Source: Octopus sinensis (Eukaryota). Taken from it: DNA of 64,000 bases. Below, piece after piece: positions 26,301 through 39,604 of the stretch. The notes beneath the pieces are model-generated. The model made no database searches and was not told the DNA's origin. It saw only the letters and a list, made by a program, of their open reading frames with translations. Made by a program: the position numbers and the translations under genes. How positions within the stretch are numbered: the first letter of the stretch is position 1; every line of letters begins with the position of its first letter. The stretch covers positions 26,908,001-26,972,000 of the forward strand of contig NC_043017.1 of NCBI RefSeq assembly GCF_006345805.1, given 5' to 3'.

Positions 26301-27773
26301 ACATACACGTCATAGACTTTCTACAATTATTAACCATGAAAGGTCCGCGTCTAAGGATGTTTATTACTGTTGACATTTGGTCAGTCAGTGTATCTGTATT
26401 TTCTCCGCTTTTTATTCATACTTTACCTCTTTGAAGCTTAACACACTTACACGTAATTTACTGTGCTTACAATCGATTTGCTAGCGGTATTTTACAAGTA
26501 CTTTATCCGATGTGCAAGTCAGTGCTTAACATTAATGACTGCTACGTATCACACCGTTTTTGGCCTCCAGGCACTATTTTAGTTATGCACCGAGCTTCGG
26601 TGTCAGTGTTATTGCGTAATCCAGCATTCTGCCTATTCAAAATAATTTAAGTGTTACAATTTGAAAACTCAATGGTGTAAAAGATGGCCTACACAGTTTT
26701 TCTGCTCAATAATACACATGTGCTTGTCGATTGCTTGACCTGAACTACCTGAATCAGTTGGCATTAACGTAGTGGCTGACGGTGTGTGCAAATCTGATCG
26801 CGAACAGAAGCAGTGGGGGAGTATGATAGCCAAGTGTTGAGTGGAATTTGTTGTGAGTTGAATAATTCAACTGCGGGAACATGCGTGCTTCGTTCGCCAT
26901 CATTATTGACCTCCAATTCAAAGAACTTTTAATCGGTGTCATCTACACAATCTCAAGAAAATTCTATAGTTACTTTCCCTTATATACATTCATTTCTCAC
27001 TTCATTACTCTCTCTGAAACAGAGACGCTATCCACATTCTCTCTACGTTCCTCTGTCTCTATTTTTCTCTACCTCATCTGCTTGTCTGTTTCTTCCCCCC
27101 CCCTCTCTCTCTCTCTCTCTCTCACCCTCTTCTTTTCTCTCTATTTCTCTACAATTATTGAACGGAAAACGAAATATTATAATATAATCACAAAAAAATT
27201 AAAATGCCAAAAACGAAGAATTATATTCCTAAATTTTAACAATTATATTAATTATCTCCATAATAGATTTTAAAGGAATTATTTAACTCCGAAAATTTTC
27301 AGAACGGAAATATAAGAAAATATGCAGCGATAATCTATGTTGAACATCAGTATATTTCTATACTAATTAGATTTGCCACGAAGTATATTCTAATACACAA
27401 TTTCCCTCCATTCCGATTACAAGTATGTCCGCTGTTGTGAATGCGTCGACATCTTCGTTACGCCATAAATGTCACATTGGATATACTAAAAGGTGAAAGT
27501 CGCTGTACTATTCGTCAAACTATTTAATATTGCGATCGTGTGTATTGGAACATCAACACAATTTCAAAAGATTGTCTATATCTAATGAACAAGATTTCAA
27601 TATGGAACCCTAGAGGAAGGAATTTTATTGAAAACCATATTATCACAATGAATAAATATACATATTTTCTTAATTTTCATACTTCCTAACCACACTACAA
27701 CACCTGAAGATATATGAGATCTAATATCAGAGACAATCGCAGTGTGTACTTGGCTAATACGTTTATGTCACTA

Positions 27774-27871
<98 letters not shown>

Positions 27872-27877
27872 GTGTGT

Positions 27878-28180
27878 GGAGGTGCATGGCCCAGTGGTTA
27901 GGGCAGCGGACTAACGGTGGTAGGGTCGCGGTTTAGTTTCCCACACCGGGCGTTGTTAGTGTTTATTGAGCGAAAACACCTAAAGCTCCACGAGGCTCCG
28001 GCAGAGGGTGGTGGCGATCCCTGCTGTACTCTTTCGCTATAACTTTCAGTTTTTCCTCTGTTGGCATGCTGGCTTAGCCAGTGGGGTGGCGTCCTTAGAA
28101 GGCTAAAACGGTGCGAAGCACATTGTAACCAGCGATGTGTAGCAACATCTGATAGCCTGGTCGGTCATGGTGATTACCGT
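27878..28180 (+). mobile_element. SINE family C (tRNA-derived head), tail type 2
   Basis: GGAGGTGCATGGCCCAGTGGTTAGGGCAGCGGACT head with A-box, body TTTATTGAGCGAAAACACCTAAAGCTCCACGAGGC, tail GCTTAGCCAG...GGTCATGGTGA. Confidence 0.9.
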
Positions 28181-28206
28181 GATATATATATATATACCGT
28201 GATATA

Positions 28207-28311
<105 letters not shown>

Positions 28312-28859
28312 ATTTGTAGACATATGCATATTACATTGAACCACTTTAACAAAACCCCCAAAGTAAACGTTGTTGTTGACAAAACAAATACCAGTTATAA
28401 GATGCTGCAAAACAACAAAATCTACCAAATCTTCTGGCTGCACCGTGCGGAATAAGAGCAAATATTGACAACCTCAGTATTTACAATTATGCAAATGGTG
28501 TAGCCGGATGACTTGAGAGATTTCTCTGCTGTGATTTATCAGTATCTTATAAATATCGCAATCCCTACGTACCGGTATGGCAGAATTTGCAATGCGACAG
28601 AATCTCTTACATAAACGACAAAACACATGTGTTGATATTGTATAATAAATTCAATTGTTTTTATTCCTCTTTCATTCCTGTTTTACTTTACATAGGATTT
28701 CTCTTCTACTTTCGTTATTGTTAGAGCTGCACATACCCAAACGTCATTAGACTATGCTACATGCATACACGCATTTGTTTACCTGTTCGTTTGTGCTTTA
28801 CCATCGATCAATTGATGTGGTGTGCCTCCACTTGTTATGCCTCGGTCTAAAGCGATGAT

Positions 28860-28938
28860 TTTTATGTATGTATGCATAAATGTATGTATGTATGTATCTA
28901 TATGTTTGTCTGTCTATCTATCTATCTATGTGTCTGTC

Positions 28939-28969
<31 letters not shown>

Positions 28970-28998
28970 CTATCTGTCTGTCTATCTATCTATTTATA

Positions 28999-29065
<67 letters not shown>

Positions 29066-29121
29066 TTATCTAACTAACTATCTATCTGTCTGTCTGTCTC
29101 TCTGTCTTTCTATCTATCTAA

Positions 29122-29179
<58 letters not shown>

Positions 29180-29219
29180 ATCTATTTATCTATCTTTCTA
29201 TCTATTGTATGATTCTCCG

Positions 29220-29270
<51 letters not shown>
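28860..29270. repeat. compound (TATG)/(TATC)n/(TA)n
   Basis: Read directly from the sequence. Confidence 0.95.
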
Positions 29271-31260
29271 CTATCTATCTACAACTCTACATATATATCT
29301 AGTTCTGAGTGCGCGTGAGGATTTGTATGTGCGCGTGCAAGTGTATGTGTATATGTTTGCATGCTTCTGCGTGTGGGAGTGATTTTGTGTGGGTCTGTGT
29401 GTGTGTTTCTACACATAAATATATATGCATAAATTTATACAGAATTTTTATACTCACACACAAATATACATTTTTACATATACCTAAATGCATTCATACA
29501 CGCCACTACATACAAACGTGAGTATGCGTGTGCGTATGCGTACACTTGAGTGTGTTTGCTTGCTTATAAATGTGTGCGCTCCCGTGTTTATGTGAGTAAA
29601 AAAAGTGCGTGAAAAACAAGCGATATCAAATGACATGGATTCTTATAAACTGCTGAGGAGTGAGTAGTTATACGAAGATCTCAAAGGATACGAATTAAAG
29701 GCATAATAATGTTTGCCAAAGAAATATCCGCAAATACAAATATTTATTCGCAATGCAAACAGTGTAGGAGTCGATATTTTTTACGTCTGTTTGTATTTTG
29801 TATGTGATCATATATTGCTATAACATTCCCTATAGAATAAAATAAATGGTTTGCTTGCTTACTTTGAATAGTATCCAGGAACTGTTTCGTCCTTTTATTC
29901 ACTTATTCAGAATGACAATACGTTCTATCTATCCGTTTTGTTAATATTTCCTTGTTATATGAATCGCACGCCATGTCACAGGTTGTCGTGTTTTTTTTTT
30001 AAATTCCTTCCGCTATCGCAAACACTTCCATTTTCTCTCTCAACGAGAAAGATAAATAACAGTTTTTTTTTTATATATAAAATATGGAAAGTCAAAACTG
30101 TGTTTAAATTGAACTTATATATTGCACAAAAGTAACGTCTTGTTACACTAGTATTCAAATATATACTGATATGTAAACATTATTTAAAGCGATAGGCTGT
30201 GAAATATCTATGCAAATATGTGCACACCACACACACATACTTATATATGTAATATATATATATATAATATATATATATATATATAACTATCTATCTACAA
30301 CTCTACATATATATCTAGTTCTGAGTGCGCGTGAGGATTTGTATGTGCGCGTGCAAGTGTATGTGTATATGTTTGCATGCTTCTGCGTGTGGGAGTGATT
30401 TTGTGTGGGTCTGTGTGTGTGTTTCTACACATAAATATATATGCATAAATTTATACAGAATTTTTATACTCACACACAAATATACATTTTTACATATACC
30501 TAAATGCATTCATACACGCCACTACATACAAACGTGAGTATGCGTGTGCGTATGCGTACACTTGAGTGTGTTTGCTTGCCTATAAATGTGTGCGCTCCCG
30601 TGTTTATGTGAGTAAAAAAAGTGCGTGAAAAACAAGCGATATCAAATGACATGGATTCTTATAAACTGCTGAGGAGTGAGTAGTTATACGAAGATCTCAA
30701 AGGATACGAATTAAAGGCATAATAATGTTTGCCAAAGAAATATCCGCAAATACAAATATTTATTCGCAATGCAAACAGTGTAGGAGTCGATATTTTTTAC
30801 GTCTGTTTGTATTTTGTATGTGATCATATATTGCTATAACATTCCCTATAGAATAAAATAAATGGTTTGCTTGCTTACTTTGAATAGTATCCAGGAACTG
30901 TTTCGTCCTTTTATTCACTTATTCAGAATGACAATACGTTCTATCTATCCGTTTTGTTAATATTTCCTTGTTATATGAATCGCACGCCATGTCACAGGTT
31001 GTCGTGTTTTTTTTTTAAATTCCTTCCGCTATCGCAAACACTTCCATTTTCTCTCTTCAACGAGAAAGATAAATAACAGTTTTTTTTTTATATATAAAAT
31101 ATGGAAAGTCAAAACTGTGTTTAAATTGAACTTATATATTGCACAAAAGTAACGTCTTGTTACACTAGTATTCAAATATATACTGATATGTAAACATTAT
31201 TTAAAGCGATAGGCTGTGAAATATCTATGCAAATATGTGCACACCACACACACATACTTA

Positions 31261-31295
<35 letters not shown>
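29269..31295. repeat. near-identical ~1.0-kb tandem duplication (period 1016-1018)
   Basis: CTAGTTCTGAGTGCGCG at 29299 and 30315; identical ORFs are offset by 1016; the unit boundaries lie in (TA)n. Confidence 0.95.
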
Positions 31296-31299
<4 letters not shown>

Positions 31300-31351
31300 A
31301 AAGATAAATGCGATACAATAAAATAAATTATAATCGCCGGTGTACCAGTAC

Positions 31352-31383
<32 letters not shown>

Positions 31384-31923
31384 GTATCTATGTACATGGA
31401 TGTGTGTATATGCATACATAAACATATATATACATGCATACACAAATCGAGAGACTGTTGGATATATTGCTTTATAGATAGTGAGTTGGAGAAATCTAAT
31501 ATGTAAAACGGAGATGTGTGTGTGTATTCGCTTTACACGTGAAAATGGCTTCACCAATTACTTCCGTACTTTGTGATGCATGAATAATTTACCCTCGGGT
31601 CTTCATTCAATATTTTTGTTTTTGTTTCTGATATTTTATTAAAAATAAAAAGATATTGCTTTATATTTATGGTTTCACATCTTGACAAAGGTTTCTCGGT
31701 GTCAAATTCCGGTATTGACGTTAAAACGGCGAAGTCCGAATTCTCTCTGGGTGTGTGTTTTAATATTCGATATTTGTAAAGAACTACGATAAATTACTGA
31801 AAGAAACACTTACAAAGTTCACAAATTTAAATATTAGGTACAAGTTTTTAACCTATACGATTTTTTTCATTCCATGTTTATCGCATTCATTGTTTGCGAT
31901 ATTCTATTTCCGTCTCTTTCCCT

Positions 31924-31961
<38 letters not shown>

Positions 31962-32361
31962 TACACACACACACTCCTTGCAAGTTTCATTTCATTCTGA
32001 ACACGCACTCTTCGTTAATTTCCGTAAAATTTTATTATTTATTTTCTTCTTGCACACCGCGTTCAGCTCTAAGTATTTGCAGTCAGTCACATACCAACAC
32101 GTGTGTTTTTCTATGTACGTTTGTATATATTTATGTATGTGTGTGTGCGTGTGAGTAAAAGGGGTGTTGCCATGTATACTTTTATAAATACATATGCATA
32201 CACCTTTTTTCTATGTATGTGTGCGTGTGTATGTGTGTGTAAGAGAGAGAGTGATGTCTAAGCGGCACTCTCCTCCTCTCCCTCTCCCTCACACAGTCAT
32301 ACATAAAATAAAGATGCATGTCTATTTATTTATGTATATACGGCTCTTACACTCGCTCTCT

Positions 32362-32392
<31 letters not shown>

Positions 32393-32469
32393 ACGCACGT
32401 CTATTTAATTTCATATTTGATACTGCATGTATATTTGTGTGTGCGTGCGTGCGGCGTTCCACAATCACT

Positions 32470-32710
32470 AGAAAAAAGCAGAGAAATTCTCTATCTTGAT
32501 GCCCCTGGTGGCACAGGTAAAACATTTATAACATTGCTTCTCTCCAAGGTAAGTTAACAAACAAAAATAATTGCAGTTGCTGTACTATTGTCTGGCTTTG
32601 CGGCCACCATTCTCCCAGGAAGACGAACATCACATTCTGCTTTTAACTTACCACTAAACCTGCAGCGTAAGCAATTTTCCCGGGCAACGCCGTGTGCCTC
32701 TGCTAATATA
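32470..32710 (+). mobile_element. Helitron relic: PIF1-type helicase motif I/Ia fragment joined to a 3' terminus
   Basis: LYLDAPGGTGKTF (Walker A, GAT at 32498)...IAVAVLLSGFAATILPGRRTSHSAFNLPLNL, then CCCGGGCAACGCCGTG (32679-32694, hairpin-like) and CTAA at 32703-32706 (CTAG expected). Confidence 0.8.
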
Positions 32711-34089
32711 GTTATATATATATTCGTATGGTATCATTCAGAACTAAAATCTTTCTATCATATCTGATATATACTCTGTAGCGATTGGCTAGTTGCAGCA
32801 GCATTTGTCCTGAAAACATCTCTTAGACTCATGTCAAAAGTACGATAAGTATCAGACAAAATGAAACGAATCTTATCAGCATGATAGAACGTCAGATATA
32901 TTTCGACCGCTTTGATACATTTCAGTGAGGTGCCATCGCACGCAACGAAAACGTTGGACGAGAATTCCTTGTCTGTAAAACAGGAAAATATAATTATTCA
33001 TTCGTTAATGTTGAAATTAGACGCCTAAATCATTAAAAATTCAGTATTAGCATTTGAAGAAATATTTAATATAATACCTTTCTATAAATCATTTACACTA
33101 TTTATGATACGTACGTGGCTACATTAATTAAAATCAAAACACTTTAGAGCAAACATATACAGCTTTACTAAACAAATATTTTAGGATAATTATTATCAAT
33201 GCTTTTATATATTATATATATATATATATTATATATATTATATATATATATATTATATATATGCTTTTATGTATTTTCTTTTTCTTTGCCCTAAAATATT
33301 GCATAAAGGTATGGCTTACAAAATATGTAGCACTATTCTTGAAAAGTACATGTAGAGAAACCTTGCTTACGCCAGGCTGGGATGATTGTCTCCTCTCTAA
33401 CCAAGAGTTTTAAACAACCCCATGCATAATAAGGTGGATCAGAAAGACACCTCTTTATTGCGAAATCCTTTAAAAACAACTGTGTTAAAATTTGAAGTTC
33501 TTAAATTTACATCTTCAGTCTCCGCAGCTCACTTGAAAGTTTGAATAATGAGCGAAAAATCAATCTATAGCTCTTTTGCCGTTCATCATTTTTGGTTTTT
33601 AAACTCATTATTACGCATCAATTTCCGTTTGCAAAATCTTCTATCAACACGAGTCTTCATATCACAGGCTCTGGAATTTATACTTTCAAGCTCCGCAATG
33701 CACTTGAAATTTCGAAATTACGTTGTTATAAATCGGCTCTTAGAATTTTCTTTACTATTTGTAATACTAGGTCACCGAATATATGTGTTACATGAGGTCT
33801 GGATTATACACACCACATTAAAAATAATTACGTATAATCCAATTTATATTTCTTGATATATTGAGGCAATAAATATAATTCACATTTCTACTTTATTCGA
33901 CATAATTCCACGTAACTAAATAATACAAATCACTGTTGTGCATTCCTTGTCGTTCCAGTGATAAAGCCATTTTTTTTTCGTAGACGAGAATTATCATGTC
34001 ACTCTGAAATAAAGAATGGAACAGTCAAAGATTTATTGTTTTGGAAATTCCTAAAGCGACATAATGCTAATTGCTTGTTATGTTCAAAA

Positions 34090-35460
34090 CAGCTAAACCT
34101 AACCAAATCTAATTGATCATTGCTGTATTTCCTTTCAATTTGAAGCCCTTTTTTTTTGTCTCGAACACCGAATGTTTTTCTCTTGAATTGATTCGACTCC
34201 AAGTGAATCCATCTCGACTGTTCTCACCACAAACATTTGATGCAGCTTCTTTCACGAGTTTTACCCATCTCTTTACAGGTAGGGTGTGACATGGTAATTT
34301 TTCCAGTTGCATCAAATGCCGCTGTTGAATGAAGGTATCGATTTCCGCGTCGGAATATGAAATGCCTGTGTTAAAGATTGTTCAGTAACAATAGTGTCCT
34401 ACCAGCTAATTATGTCCATGTGGTTCGTTGCTTTATGCGCCTACATGTTACTTCTCGAATGTCGATCCGTTCATCGTTTATCATGGCCAGTAAAATATTT
34501 TCTGTGTGTGAGAAGAAAGCATTTCTTTGAATAATAGGAAATGCAATGCCTTGTTCAGCTTCATCCATTTCTCTTGAAGACTGTATCGTCTTCAACACTG
34601 AATCGCCTTCAACAATTTAGAGCCCCATTTTCCGAGGAAAAGTTAAGTTTAATTGTGAACCACATTGACATTAACTTTCATTATGTAAGCAACAATTCGC
34701 TTCATCGAGTTCGAAGGATTCTCTGTGGCAACATACAATCGTAGCCTAAAATTTGCAGTTGTAAGCCATCGAGATTGCGCCATTTTACCGGGATTACTTC
34801 ATGTCATTTCAGAGGGACATTTCCCTCCAGAAATAGACTGGTGGACATGAAGAAGGTATTTTTGATCAGTACTGAGATCGTTTCTTTCAACTGATGTAGG
34901 TCAATTGGAGCGTGATTAAATTTCGCAATACTGGGTGCTTCACATCGCTTCAATCTCTTACCAGTCGGACCAAAGTATCCACGAAGCGCTGTAGTTTTTT
35001 TCCGTCGAGATCGTTAAGAAGACGTAAGCGAATCTATTTTGTGTGGAGCTGACACACAATCAAATGCAATGCCTTCTTCAATATATCCTCCAAAAGTATA
35101 ATGGAACCTTCATTACCATCGCAACCTACGGCTCTTATGTGATTGGTTACTTTCTCATTGGTTTCCAAATAATTCGACAAAACATTGGAAAGGGCTTTTG
35201 CAGAAACCGTTTTTACAGTAAAGTGCCCAAGATAGCGGAACTCAGATTCTTCTTTCTACGAGATGTGTGCTCTTCTTGAAATGGTTGTTTCCCTCCTTCC
35301 ATCAAAATACAATGCAGGCAATTGTTCATGTTGTCTACCTTCCTGCTGCAGGGATTTACATCTTCTGGATCGTTCTTACTTTACCTTCAATTTGTCTATA
35401 ACCAAAAAAAAAAAAAACATTCACCAGATGTACTTGCCGTTAAGTCACTGATGATCGAAT
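34090..35460 (-). pseudogene. DNA transposase pseudogene, hAT superfamily (hATm-like)
   Basis: Minus-strand fragments in order: LYFDGR, AVGCDG, LIVCQLH, LDGKTT...GPTGK, PGKMAQSRWLTTAN...LRLY, IIQRNAFFSHTENILLAM, LPCHTLPVKRWVKLVKEAA...RDGF. Many stops and frameshifts; the subfamily name is from memory. Confidence 0.7.
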
Positions 35461-35469
35461 GTTTAAGGA

Positions 35470-35910
35470 GAGCAACATGACGATCTGACACACAGGTGCG
35501 GTCACTGCCAAAAGCTAGTTCTGGGAATTTCATTCGTTTTATTGTTGTTTTTGAAATTAGGTTTTGCTTAGCCATGTGTTGAGAGGGATTCTTTGGGGCT
35601 TGAATAATTCACCTTTGGAAACATGGCTGTTTCGTTCAACATCCTTAACCAACTCTTATTCAGGGACCCTTTGAGTGGGATGGGCTACTCGACCAGAAGA
35701 AAATTCTAACTGGCTCCCACCTGCAAGGTCATGCGCTGTATATCTTGATATGAGATAACCATGTCGCGCATATACGGTTGTGATGCATATGCATAGTGTA
35801 CTCTTATCGGACGGGTAGTTATGATGGGTATACTGGGCTTCGTATATTTTACCCCAGAGTCACTTTGAATGGCATGCACTACTCTCTCACACAATAATAA
35901 TAATAATATT
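35470..35910 (+). mobile_element. probable 3' end of a non-LTR element with (AAT)n tail
   Basis: GC-richer block ending GCATGCACTACTCTCTCACAC-(AAT)n, abutting and apparently interrupting the hAT relic. Family not identified. Confidence 0.4.
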
Positions 35911-35915
35911 GATGG

Positions 35916-35978
<63 letters not shown>

Positions 35979-36025
35979 CGATGATGATGATAATGATGAT
36001 GATGATAATAATATTATTAATAATG
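35911..36025. repeat. (GAT)n/(AAT)n
   Basis: Read directly from the sequence. Confidence 0.95.
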
Positions 36026-37532
36026 ATAAAATTAATAATGCACATGTAAATGTGTATGTGTGCGTCTGTGACATTATTTCAATCTTTAGTTTAATTTGCA
36101 ATGAATCTTTTGAAATATTAACAAGTTCAGACGTATTTTCTTTTAGACAAAATATTAGCTGAAATCCATTTACATGATTTGCAGCAGCATTCTTCGTTAC
36201 CGTCTTCGTAATTTCTACTCTTATAACTCTTATATTTTCAGTGTAGTGATCAACTTGATTTTAAAGTGTAAATATTTATTATCTGTATGCAAACTGAAAT
36301 TTGTATATAAATTATTTCAACGATGTACCAGTTATTTCAATACATTGAATTTGTATGACATACATTATTATAGCATGTGTATAAATTGTTACTATAGCGG
36401 AGTCAGGGATATTAACATTGCAGTGTAAACGGGTCTGATTTGATATTGATTTTTAAGTTGATGTATACCTGTACAATACATTTTAGTCTAAGCGTTAGAT
36501 TCTAACATATTAGATCACGTATAAAGTAAAATATTTCGACGCAAAACACTCTTGGTACTCACGGTATACAAGAAACGTTTTCAAACGAAATTAATTGACA
36601 ATTTCACCGGAATAGAGGCGTTTGGCAATATAGACTGTCAAATTTCCAAAGAAAGTTCCGTTCAAATTAAATTTATTTGCCAGTAATTTCGAGAACCCTT
36701 CGGCAACTCTTATCGTATTTACTTGAACATGGATGCAATAAAAAGTGGGGGAAATGTCTCTTTAGATAATGGCAATTGTATAGAATTGTTCACTCACAAC
36801 CAACTTAGAAGGCTGACAAAAGAATTTTTCGTTTGATTCTCTTTGTTTTGCAGGAGTAAGGGAATATTTTGTACTTTACTATCAAATGTGTAGCATGTGA
36901 TTTTTAAAACTGTATCCTGTGTCACCGGTTTACTCTCTTTCTCTCTTTTTCTCATTCTCCTTTTCTCTCTTTTCCCTCCCACCTTTCTTTTATGCCTTCA
37001 GTTTAATTTAGCGGTTTTCGGGAAACATGATGTTTTGTTCACTTATAAAGACACTACTAACGGCTTATTTTATTTTGTCAATACTTAACGCAGAGCTGCG
37101 CGTAGTTGTCGACAAATGAAAAGTCCATATTTGCGCCAATATACATCGCTAAGACTCTATTGTTCTCTAGACGTGTCCACTGTAAATAAAGCTTCATTTA
37201 ATATTTGTCAAACTACTCGCCTCGTCTTCCATTTTAAAGCATGGAGAAAATTTAAATATGCCAATCTTTCTTCCAAAGGCCACAATCACCGTCACGCAAT
37301 TGACAAGGTCAGTAGCTAATTTTCTCAGGAATGAAAAGTTATCAAGTTCCTTATTATCATTTCCCAGATAATTTCGACGAAAAATGAGGAACAACTGCCA
37401 TCTTCCATCTGATATCTAGTCTGTTTTTTTTTTCTTCTATTCTTTGCGTTGGTTCTGTAAATCTAAATTCTAATATTCTTTTTTACTCCAGGCACAAGGC
37501 CTGAAATATTTGGGGAGACAGGGCATTTTAAT

Positions 37533-37848
37533 TACATCAACTGGTACTTAATTTAGCGACCCCGAAAGAATGAAAGGCAAAGTCGACCTTCGCGGAACTT
37601 GAACTCAGGACATAAAGGCGGACGAAATAACGCGAAGCAGTTCGCCCAGCGTGCTAACACTTCTGCCAACTCTCCGCCTTTTAGATTATCATATTCTTTT
37701 CTACTCTAGTCACAGGGCTCAAAAACTTTTGTGGGGAGGAGGCCAGTCAATTATAACTCGACCTCGGCGGAATTTGATCTTAGAACGTAATGACAGACGA
37801 AATACCTCTAAGCATTTCGTCCGGCATGCTAACGTTTCTGCTAGATCG
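37533..37848 (-). mobile_element. two adjacent degraded SINE-A fragments (37533-37680 and 37757-37848)
   Basis: GAAAGGCAAAGTCGACC...GCTAACACTTCTGCCAACTCTCCGCC and CGACCTCGGCGGAATTTG...GCTAACGTTTCTGC. Confidence 0.8.
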
Positions 37849-37873
37849 GAGCCTTTTAAATTCTAATACTTAA

Positions 37874-38236
37874 AGGAAGCACTCCGTCGGTTGATCCGAA
37901 TCAACGGTACAGCCTGCTCGTGAAATTAACGTGTAAGTGACTGAGCACTCCACAGACACGTGCACCCTTAACGTAGTTCTTGGGGATATTCAGCGTGACA
38001 CAGAGAGTGACAAGGCCGGCCCCTTGAAATACAGGTACAACAGAAACAGGAAGTAAGAGTGAGAGAAAGTTGTGGTGAAAGAGTACCGCAGGGATCACCA
38101 CCATCCCCTGCCGGGGCCTCGTGGAGCTTTGGGTGTTTTCGCTCAATAAACACTCACAACGCCCGGTCTGGGAATCGAAACCGCGATCCTATGACCGAGA
38201 GTACGCTGCCCTAACCACTGGGCCATTGCGCCTCCA
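37874..38236 (-). mobile_element. SINE family C, tail type 1, full length
   Basis: Head reverse complement ...CCCTAACCACTGGGCCATTGCGCCTCC ends at 38236. The body matches 27878 and 40881, but the 3' part is different (GTTTCTGTTGTACCTG...GACGGAGTGCTTCC). Confidence 0.9.
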
Positions 38237-39604
38237 CGAATTGAATTTGATGCTGGTTGTATTTTCAGTCTTTTTTTCCTCACTATTTATCAATTGTAGT
38301 TTCACTTAAATTCTATTTTTAACAACGTACTTTTTGTGCCTTTTACTTTGCTTGCGTATGCAACTATCCCCGAAGCTCAGTGTATGTTTGATACATAATT
38401 TTGATAATTCTGTATCCGACTTTTGACTTTAACCAATGTGATGAGCTCACTCTCCTGCGAATTCTCAGGCAACCGTCTTGCTTACGTGTAACTACTGCAA
38501 ATTGATGCACATCAAAATGTGTAAACATGTCTGAGAATTCATAAAGAAGAACATTATCATTTCAATCAGGAACTGACGACGTTTTTGAAATGTTACGGAT
38601 ATTTCTACAACGATAAAAGAACAGGCAAAAAAGAAGTCAAAATTTTTACATGCTAATCTTTGAAGAAGATATCTTCTAGGCGGACTGCTGTAAGTCGTGA
38701 CCGCTCACATCGAATGAAAATATTAATAATTATGGTTATATTGACAAATATAATCAAGCAAATCTGATGTGTTATGCAAACACAATTTTACGTCCCCGAA
38801 CGGACTTCAATACAAAATTAACATATTCACTGTACACACCTGACACCATACAAAATATTTGCCTAATGTAATATTATAGGCTGCACAAAATGTAATACGA
38901 ACACCACCAAACATAATGACGCAACACAAATTGTTATCTAGCTCACGCAACTAAAATCTATTCATGAATATAAACGTGCGTGTCTCTGAGTGTGGATATA
39001 TATCTGTGAGTGTGTGCATGTGTATGCGTGTGTTTGTCTGTATGTGTTCAGTTGTGAATGTGTGTGACAGAGTAATGACGATCGGCTCACAAAGCAGCTT
39101 TCAATGATTCTAATGTACAGTGGTAATTAATTTGTTCGTGTGAGTTTGAACATGGAAAGACAATCCGCTTCTCAGCTTGTCCCGAGAGATAACATTTACT
39201 TTATAAGCATTAAGGTTGTAAACCAACCACTAAATTATGAATAGTGTCACCGGACCGCAGGATGCTTTCTTTCTGCGTCTCCACGCGTTATCAGTCACAC
39301 ATATCTGTCTGTCGTCTGTGACGACAATAAGAGCGTTAAATGAAAAGTTAACACTTAGCGATATCTGGTCTTGTGGAATGACATCAATGTACAAATCCTT
39401 CTCACCTCAATTGACCAAAAGCAGAACAAGCCATGTGTATTGTTGAGTGGGGCGAAGATGGTTAGCATGGTACTGTAAGCTGCAAGTACCAAGCCGACTA
39501 CGCAAGAGTTCTAACAAAGCACGAGTTAATTAGACTAAATCATAATAATAACCCGTTATACTAATGGCACAAGGGTTGAAATCTGGTGAATAGGGTGTAT
39601 TCGA

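Noticed and set aside
26400-26940. Repeat-free stretches (also 23230-23500 and 39060-39430) as possible enhancers
   Set aside because: Nothing in the sequence alone supports function; cross-species conservation data would be needed.
27878-27950. tRNA genes at SINE heads (also 20000, 38236, 40881, 48680)
   Set aside because: A/B-box-like motifs are present but there is no closed acceptor stem, and each continues into a SINE body.
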